A program made the position numbers and the translations under genes. From a virus (lineage: Duplodnaviria > Heunggongvirae > Uroviricota > Caudoviricetes): a stretch of 5,560 nucleotides of DNA. Where the stretch lies: the IMG/VR virus record IMGVR_UViG_2734482785_000015; one strand, given 5' to 3'. Positions within the stretch are counted from its first letter, which is position 1. Every line of letters starts with the position of its first letter. The notes beneath the pieces were generated by a model, which saw only the letters and a program-made list of their open reading frames with translations, ran no database searches and was not told where the DNA came from. Of the stretch, positions 1 to 3,953 are shown one piece after another.

Positions 1-1242
1 ATGGCACGAAAAACCACTCCACTAACCATCACGGAGATCAAAAATGCACGACCAGGAGAAAAAGAATACACCCTGCAGGATGGCGGAGGATTGTTTCTTC
101 TGGTGAAGCCCTCCGGATCAAAAATCTGGCGCTTTACGTATTACCGACCCACTGACAAAAAACGAACCATCGTTAGTCTTGGTCCGCTGAATGATGTTTC
201 TCTGTCAGAAGCCAGAGAGCGACGAAACGAATACAGGGGACTTATAGCGAAGGGAGTTGACCCACAGGACCACGAACGCCGGAAACGTGAAGCAGAGAGC
301 CGGAAAAAGGGCAACACGTTCGAAAAAGTTGCCTCTGACTGGTACGAGATGAAAAAAGGCCAGAATCTCGCTTACAACACGATTAAGGATATCTGGCGAT
401 CCATGGAAAAATACGTATTCCCGTACATCGGAAAAACGCCAATAGATACCCTCACCGCTCGCCGCTTTGTTGAGATACTCACCCCCATTAAGGCGCGTGG
501 CAACCTGGAAACCCTGAAACGCGTTTTACAGCGCATCAATGAGGTGATGGATTTTGCTGCCAACAGTGGTCTGATTGACATCAACACCGCCGCGAACGTC
601 CGTAAGGCATTCCCTACCCCCACCAAAAAGCACATGCCAACCATCCGACCGGAACAGCTACCGCAGCTAATGCACGATTTATCGGTCGCCAGCATAGAAC
701 GGCAAACCAGATTGCTGATTGAGTGGCAGCTACTGACCGTAGCACGCCCCGCCGAAGCAGCCGCCACACGCTGGGAAGAAATAAACCTCGATGCCGAAAC
801 CTGGACGATTCCAGCCGGACGCATGAAGATGCGCCGTGACCATGTGATCCCCCTTTGTGGTCAGGCTATGGCTGTACTGGAAACCATGAAGCCAATCAGC
901 GCACACAGGGAACACGTTTTTCCCAGCCTTAAAAACCCGATGCTGCCAATGAGCAGCCAGACCGCTAACGCCGCATTGCGCCGGATGGGTTACGCTGGTG
1001 TGCTGGTGTCTCACGGATTACGCGCCATATTCAGCACAGCAGCGAACGAGGAAGGATTCGAACCGGACGTAATCGAGGCCGCGCTCGCACACGTGGACAC
1101 GAACGAGGTAAGGCGAGCATATAACCGAAGTAACTACCTGGAAAAACGTGTAGTACTTATGCGCTGGTGGGGTGAATTTGTGGAAACCGCAGCAACCGGA
1201 GTGACCATAGCCAGTGGTAAAAGGGGTATCCGTGCGGTGTGA
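1..1242 (+). CDS. int: Tyrosine-type site-specific integrase, P4-like family
   Basis: 413-aa ORF from ATG at 1 to TGA at 1240-1242. The N-terminus (MARKTTPLTITEIK...DGGGLFLLVKPSGSKIWRFTYY) is typical of the arm-binding region of P4-type integrases. C-terminal catalytic-type motifs are readable: ARPAE (Arg codon 745-747), HGLR (1012-1023), LAH, and Tyr374 (1120-1122) ten residues after the second His. Confidence 0.93.
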   Translation: MARKTTPLTITEIKNARPGEKEYTLQDGGGLFLLVKPSGSKIWRFTYYRPTDKKRTIVSLGPLNDVSLSEARERRNEYRGLIAKGVDPQDHERRKREAESRKKGNTFEKVASDWYEMKKGQNLAYNTIKDIWRSMEKYVFPYIGKTPIDTLTARRFVEILTPIKARGNLETLKRVLQRINEVMDFAANSGLIDINTAANVRKAFPTPTKKHMPTIRPEQLPQLMHDLSVASIERQTRLLIEWQLLTVARPAEAAATRWEEINLDAETWTIPAGRMKMRRDHVIPLCGQAMAVLETMKPISAHREHVFPSLKNPMLPMSSQTANAALRRMGYAGVLVSHGLRAIFSTAANEEGFEPDVIEAALAHVDTNEVRRAYNRSNYLEKRVVLMRWWGEFVETAATGVTIASGKRGIRAV

Positions 1243-1355
1243 CTGTACAAAAAACCAGTACAACCAGTGCAAACCATGCTAAACCATCGTATAATCGCCT
1301 ATCTCCTCAACAGACAAGGAAAAACCCGACTCATGAGAAATCGAGATTTATTGAA

Positions 1356-1598
1356 ATGGTCTGGCACGAAAAATCATCCAATGTCTGCGGTGAAGGGCTG
1401 CAACTGGCGTTAATGGCAAATCGTGAATTCTGGTCAACATACGATCCGGAAGACAAATCAACAGCCCCCACAAAACACGAGGTAGTCAGTTTTTTACGCT
1501 CGCGTGGCGCATCGAAAAATCTGGCTGAAAGCATCGACAAGGTGCTGAGGCCCACCAGCCTTAAATGTGGTGGGCGACCTAAGAAGTGGAAACGGTAA
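1356..1598 (+). CDS. Hypothetical small protein (80 aa from ATG 1356; frame is open from GTG 1239 giving 119 aa; alternative ATG at 1413)
   Basis: Open frame with reasonable enterobacterial codon choice (ctg, gcg, cgt, gaa, aaa), ending TAA 1596-1598 and followed 5 nt later by a strong intrinsic terminator. No strong Shine-Dalgarno at any candidate start, so the start is uncertain. No family recognised. Confidence 0.4.
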   Translation: MVWHEKSSNVCGEGLQLALMANREFWSTYDPEDKSTAPTKHEVVSFLRSRGASKNLAESIDKVLRPTSLKCGGRPKKWKR

Positions 1599-1603
1599 TC
1601 ACA

Positions 1604-1633
1604 ATAGCGGCCCCTTGCGGTCGCTATTTTTTT
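1604..1633 (+). terminator. Rho-independent terminator (plus strand)
   Basis: Stem ATAGCGGCC (1604-1612) pairs with GGTCGCTAT (1619-1627) with one G-T wobble, around a CCTTGC loop, followed by a T run (1627-1633). The minus-strand reading lacks a U tract, so it is unidirectional. Confidence 0.65.
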
Positions 1634-1660
1634 GCAAAAAGAAAGCGTAATCAATGAGAT

Positions 1661-1703
1661 AAAAAACAGTGAGTACCGTTTTAAAACGGTGAGTACTGTT
1701 TTT
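1661..1703. promoter_or_regulatory. AT-rich imperfect 44-bp palindrome with a perfect 16-bp core and embedded direct repeats, upstream of alpA
   Basis: Perfect palindrome ACCGTTTTAAAACGGT at 1675-1690. Outer arms AAAAAACAGT (1661-1670) and ACTGTTTTT (1695-1703) are complementary. Direct repeats GTGAGTACCGTTTT (1669-1682) and GTGAGTACTGTTTT (1689-1702) sit 20 bp apart. Could be an operator or a weak bidirectional terminator/attenuator; function not determinable from sequence. Confidence 0.5.
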
Positions 1704-1767
1704 CCCGCCCTGCCCTGTTTTACCGTATTTATCACCGGAATACGCCGGATTAACGAGGTAAAACACG

Positions 1768-1974
1768 ATGGAAGTAATCAGAAAAATTCTTACCCGTCAG
1801 GAAGTAAAAAATATTCTGCGCATCAAGGCAGACAGTTCGCTACAGGACATGATCAACGCCGGAAAATTCCCGAAAGGCTTCAAAATCGGTCTGCGTCGTG
1901 TTGGCTGGTATGAAGATGAAGTGCTGGCCTGGCTGAAAGAGCGCGAGGAAGAAGCGCGCGGAACGGCTGCGTAA
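1768..1974 (+). CDS. alpA: AlpA-family (P4 Vis-like, MerR-superfamily HTH) transcriptional regulator / excision activator
   Basis: 68-aa ORF with GAGG (1755-1758) 9 nt upstream of ATG 1768. The translation carries the AlpA-type pattern ILTRQEVKNILRIKADSSLQDMINAGKFPKGFKIGLRRVGWYEDEVLAWL. It lies just downstream of a P4-type integrase, as in P4-like cryptic prophages. Confidence 0.85.
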   Translation: MEVIRKILTRQEVKNILRIKADSSLQDMINAGKFPKGFKIGLRRVGWYEDEVLAWLKEREEEARGTAA

Positions 1975-2120
1975 TGGTGTGAGGCGTAACGCGATGAACA
2001 TAACAAAAAGCGCCCCGTTGCCGGAGCGCCCTTGCGAACAATTAACCTACTGCGCAAAAAATGAATCAGTGCAGTGGGATTATATCAACCGTGTAGCGAA
2101 GCGCCACAATTGCCGGATAA

Positions 2121-2153
2121 CAGGCAAAACAAAGGCCACCTGCTACGGTGGCC
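2121..2153 (-). terminator. Rho-independent terminator (minus strand)
   Basis: GC stem GGCCACC (2134-2140) / GGTGGCC (2147-2153) with a 6-nt loop. On the minus strand it is followed by UUUGUUUUG (complement of 2121-2133). No T run follows on the plus strand. Confidence 0.55.
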
Positions 2154-2256
2154 ATTCGACACAAGCTACACGTTATCCCCAACGCATGAGCATTGCCAAC
2201 AATGCCACATTTGCGGCTGGTGGGCAATGTGATCAGTGTGCTGGCTTGCTGGTGGG

Positions 2257-2451
2257 CTATTCCTGCTCTTTAACATCGTCATGCCGCGATGTTTTCCAGG
2301 TATGCGATCCCATTTTTGTGCGCCTGTACTCTTTTAAGAACTTCTCAAGGGCAAACGCACATGGCGCAAATCTTTCTGATTCATGCTCTATCTTTCTGCG
2401 CCGTCTTTTCCGTGCCGGTGATGGTGTATTGGTTGATTCTTTGTTGGTCAT
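2257..2451 (-). CDS. Questionable small basic ORF (64 aa, KRRRRK-containing) inside the transcribed 3' region of the regulator gene
   Basis: ATG-to-TAG ORF on the minus strand between the regulator stop (2509) and the minus-strand terminator. Weak or absent Shine-Dalgarno (AGG 8-9 nt upstream) and several rare codons (AGA, AGG, ATA, CGG) argue against it; position between a gene and its terminator argues mildly for it. Confidence 0.2.
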   Translation of the reverse strand: MTNKESTNTPSPARKRRRRKIEHESERFAPCAFALEKFLKEYRRTKMGSHTWKTSRHDDVKEQE

Positions 2452-2508
2452 TCTGTGTACCTGTAAAGCAATGCGCCGGAGTTCCTCACACCACGGCGAT
2501 GATAGTTA

Positions 2509-2814
2509 TTATTCTGATTCTTTGGCCTTGCGGCGCTGGAGTTCTTCACGTGCGACGGTGACGAGCTGCCCGATCTCCTCGGCAGCTTTGACTCCGATTT
2601 TTTCCACCTGCGCCAGCGCATCGAGCGAAGAAACCAGGGGATTTTCTCCGCTTCCTTCTGCCTGGCGGCGGGCGATCTCACCGCGCATGGCGGTTACTAT
2701 GAATCCGGCGTTGCTTTCACCGTCCAGTTTTACGGATTCCATGCCTTCAAAAGCATCATGTGGGATACGAATTGAAATCTGTTTTGATTTGTCGTTGATA
2801 GTGTTTTTTGCCAT
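2509..2814 (-). CDS. Putative ribbon-helix-helix (CopG/Arc/MetJ-like) DNA-binding regulator, candidate repressor of the divergent operon
   Basis: Minus-strand ORF. The best start is the ATG at 2812-2814 (101 aa, MAKNTINDKSKQISIRIP...), 6 nt downstream of AGGAGA (complement of 2821-2826). The track start at 2853 adds 13 residues without a ribosome-binding site. The N-terminus KQISIRIPHDAFEGMESVKL...SNAGFIVTAMRGEIARR fits an RHH beta-strand, helix, helix pattern. It diverges from an operator-bearing promoter region. Confidence 0.7.
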   Translation of the reverse strand: MAKNTINDKSKQISIRIPHDAFEGMESVKLDGESNAGFIVTAMRGEIARRQAEGSGENPLVSSLDALAQVEKIGVKAAEEIGQLVTVAREELQRRKAKESE

Positions 2815-2836
2815 GTGCATTCTCCTAAACAAAAGA

Positions 2837-2913
2837 TGTGATTCAGTATACACAAAAAAGAATCACAAAAAATACTTGACCTGTGATTCAGTTAAATTTA
2901 ATTTAAATCACAC
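2837..2913. promoter_or_regulatory. Divergent promoter region with two inverted-repeat operator units
   Basis: Unit 1: TGTGATTCA (2837-2845), 13-bp AT-rich spacer, AGAATCACA (2859-2867). Unit 2: TGTGATTCA (2882-2890), 14-bp spacer, AAATCACA (2905-2912). Plus-strand sigma70-like promoter: -35 TTGACC (2875-2880), 17-bp spacer, -10 TAATTT (2898-2903), overlapping unit 2. Minus-strand -10 TATACT (complement of 2845-2850) overlaps unit 1. Confidence 0.6.
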
Positions 2914-2937
2914 CTCAGTAAGAGGATGTAAACGACA

Positions 2938-2971
2938 ACGCCCCGAACTGTTTGCGGCAGTAGCGGGGCGT
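2938..2971 (+). other. Stable stem-loop in the 5' leader of the Icd-like operon (no U tract)
   Basis: ACGCCCCG (2938-2945) pairs with CGGGGCGT (2964-2971); an inner CTG/CAG pair sits within the loop. It lies between the predicted promoter and the ribosome-binding site of the first gene. It is not followed by a T run, so it is not a canonical intrinsic terminator. Confidence 0.4.
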
Positions 2972-3007
2972 CTAACCACCAACGATAGAAAGCGTATCGA
3001 GGTAGCT

Positions 3008-3214
3008 ATGAGAAATCATACCATACACCCGCAAGGGCGGGACTCGCACAACCTGAATAAATACATCTGGCGTTTTATCGCCCTGAGTACGGCACAACCG
3101 CGCGTGATTACCATCGTGGCCACCAGCGAACAGGAAGCGCGCCAGCAATCTCCTGATGGCTGCGTGATGGTATTCGCCGCCCGTATTCGCCAGGAGGTGC
3201 ACCATGTGCAATAA
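3008..3214 (+). CDS. Icd-like (Ash family) small protein; positional analogue of P4 kil
   Basis: 68-aa ORF with GAGG (2999-3002) 5 nt upstream of ATG 3008. The translation MRNHTIHPQGRDSHNLNKYIWRFIALSTAQPRVITIVATSEQEARQQSPDGCVMVFAARIRQEVHHVQ matches my recollection of the host-cell-division-inhibitor Icd-like proteins of P4-like prophages. It is the C-terminal in-frame part of the artefactual 1979-3214 track ORF. Confidence 0.8.
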   Translation: MRNHTIHPQGRDSHNLNKYIWRFIALSTAQPRVITIVATSEQEARQQSPDGCVMVFAARIRQEVHHVQ

Positions 3215-3440
3215 CACCCGTCCGGACGCAGCCGCCGAAGCTATCAAAACGCTAATGCACGCGCTGATTGATATTTCTGTTATCGCGGACATGGCACATA
3301 AGCACGCCACCAGTGAAACAGAATATGCCGGGGCTTTCGTTCCTCACTCACTGGCTGTTATGCAATTTAGTGCTGATATGGCGCTGAATGAGGCAGGCAA
3401 AATTCTTACCGCAGATATTCAAGGGGCGCACCATGCATGA
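3204..3440 (+). CDS. Hypothetical protein (78 aa)
   Basis: ATG 3204 is preceded by GGAGG (3194-3198) and overlaps the Icd-like stop by 11 nt, consistent with translational coupling. No family recognised. Confidence 0.6.
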   Translation: MCNNTRPDAAAEAIKTLMHALIDISVIADMAHKHATSETEYAGAFVPHSLAVMQFSADMALNEAGKILTADIQGAHHA

Positions 3441-3660
3441 TGACCGTTATTTTAAATCAATGAGCCATGCAGAAAATGCGCTGACTAACAGTGAATGCTT
3501 GCGGCAAATATTGCTTATCTGGCTTGATGGTTTAAGTGATGCGCCGGAAGATGAACGTGAATCTAATCTTGCTGGTGCGTTTATTTCATTACTCGATACG
3601 GTAATCGTCGAATTAAATAAAGCGATCGAAATTCACGATAAAAAAATAAACGCGGAATAA
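3433..3660 (+). CDS. Hypothetical acidic protein (75 aa from ATG 3433; track start 3388 is an in-frame alternative)
   Basis: ATG 3433 is preceded by AAGGGG (3421-3426) and overlaps the stop of the preceding gene (ATGCATGA, 3433-3440). The upstream ATG at 3388 has no Shine-Dalgarno. No family recognised. Confidence 0.55.
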   Translation: MHDDRYFKSMSHAENALTNSECLRQILLIWLDGLSDAPEDERESNLAGAFISLLDTVIVELNKAIEIHDKKINAE

Positions 3661-3665
3661 AAACC

Positions 3666-3953
3666 ATGAAACAGAAAAATTCTGGCTTTACTGCCAGCGG
3701 CCCCGCTCGGTCTGAAATCCGCCCCGGCGATATTTTCAAAGATAACTACGGCGGCACGATAACGATAAAAGACGTGGAAGAACGGCGCATCACCTACCGT
3801 CGTGAAGGCTACGACTATGACTGCGTGATGCCTGTTTATCAGTTCCGGCGTGATTTTAAGCTGGTGGGCCATCGTAAAGCCGTAAATCAGAAACGTGCAG
3901 CAAGCTATATCCGCAAAATCCGTGAAATGCTGGTCGCAGGGGGTAAGAAATGA
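3666..3953 (+). CDS. Hypothetical protein (95 aa), tentatively DUF4222-like
   Basis: ATG 3666 lies 5 nt after the previous stop; the TGA stop at 3951-3953 overlaps the ATG of the downstream replication gene (ATGA). The motif ITYRREGYDYDCVMPVYQFRRDF resembles small proteins seen upstream of primases in enterobacterial P4-like islands; this is recollection only. Confidence 0.6.
   Translation: MKQKNSGFTASGPARSEIRPGDIFKDNYGGTITIKDVEERRITYRREGYDYDCVMPVYQFRRDFKLVGHRKAVNQKRAASYIRKIREMLVAGGKK

Noticed and set aside
1-60. Attachment-site core or flanking tRNA at the 5' edge
   Set aside because: The window begins exactly at the integrase start codon, so any att site or tRNA gene lies outside the available sequence and cannot be assessed.
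372-1272. Minus-strand ORFs 372-824, 730-1014 and 1018-1272 inside the integrase gene
   Set aside because: They are antisense to a well-supported integrase ORF, with no ribosome-binding sites and Cys/His-rich odd composition typical of antisense frames.
1331-1735. Minus-strand 134-aa ORF
   Set aside because: It reads through the plus-strand terminator hairpin and the AT-rich palindrome, overlaps the plus-strand small ORF in antisense, and has low-complexity composition.
1632-2057. Plus-strand 93-aa ORF (1632-1913) and minus-strand 86-aa ORF (1797-2057) overlapping alpA
   Set aside because: They are alternate-frame or antisense overlaps of the clearly recognisable AlpA-family ORF and lack ribosome-binding sites.
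2289-2681. Plus-strand 90-aa hydrophobic Cys-rich ORF (2289-2561) and minus-strand 77-aa ORF (2448-2681)
   Set aside because: Neither has a Shine-Dalgarno sequence. The first runs convergently into the 3' end of the regulator gene, and the second is an out-of-frame overlap of it. The hydrophobicity probably reflects T-rich antisense sequence rather than a membrane peptide.
2938-2971. Leader hairpin as a canonical intrinsic terminator
   Set aside because: No U tract follows the stem on the plus strand (the next bases are CTAACCACC), so it was recorded as a structured leader element instead.
1979-3007. N-terminal two-thirds of the 411-aa plus-strand track ORF (1979-3214)
   Set aside because: The translation is Cys/Ser-rich and low-complexity. 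It runs antisense through the better-supported minus-strand regulator gene and across the promoter/operator region and leader hairpin. Only the last 68 codons (3008-3214), which have their own ribosome-binding site, look like a real gene (Icd-like).
2972-3310. Minus-strand 112-aa ORF
   Set aside because: It is antisense to the Icd-like gene and the start of the next gene, and would have to initiate inside the plus-strand operon with no promoter or ribosome-binding site.
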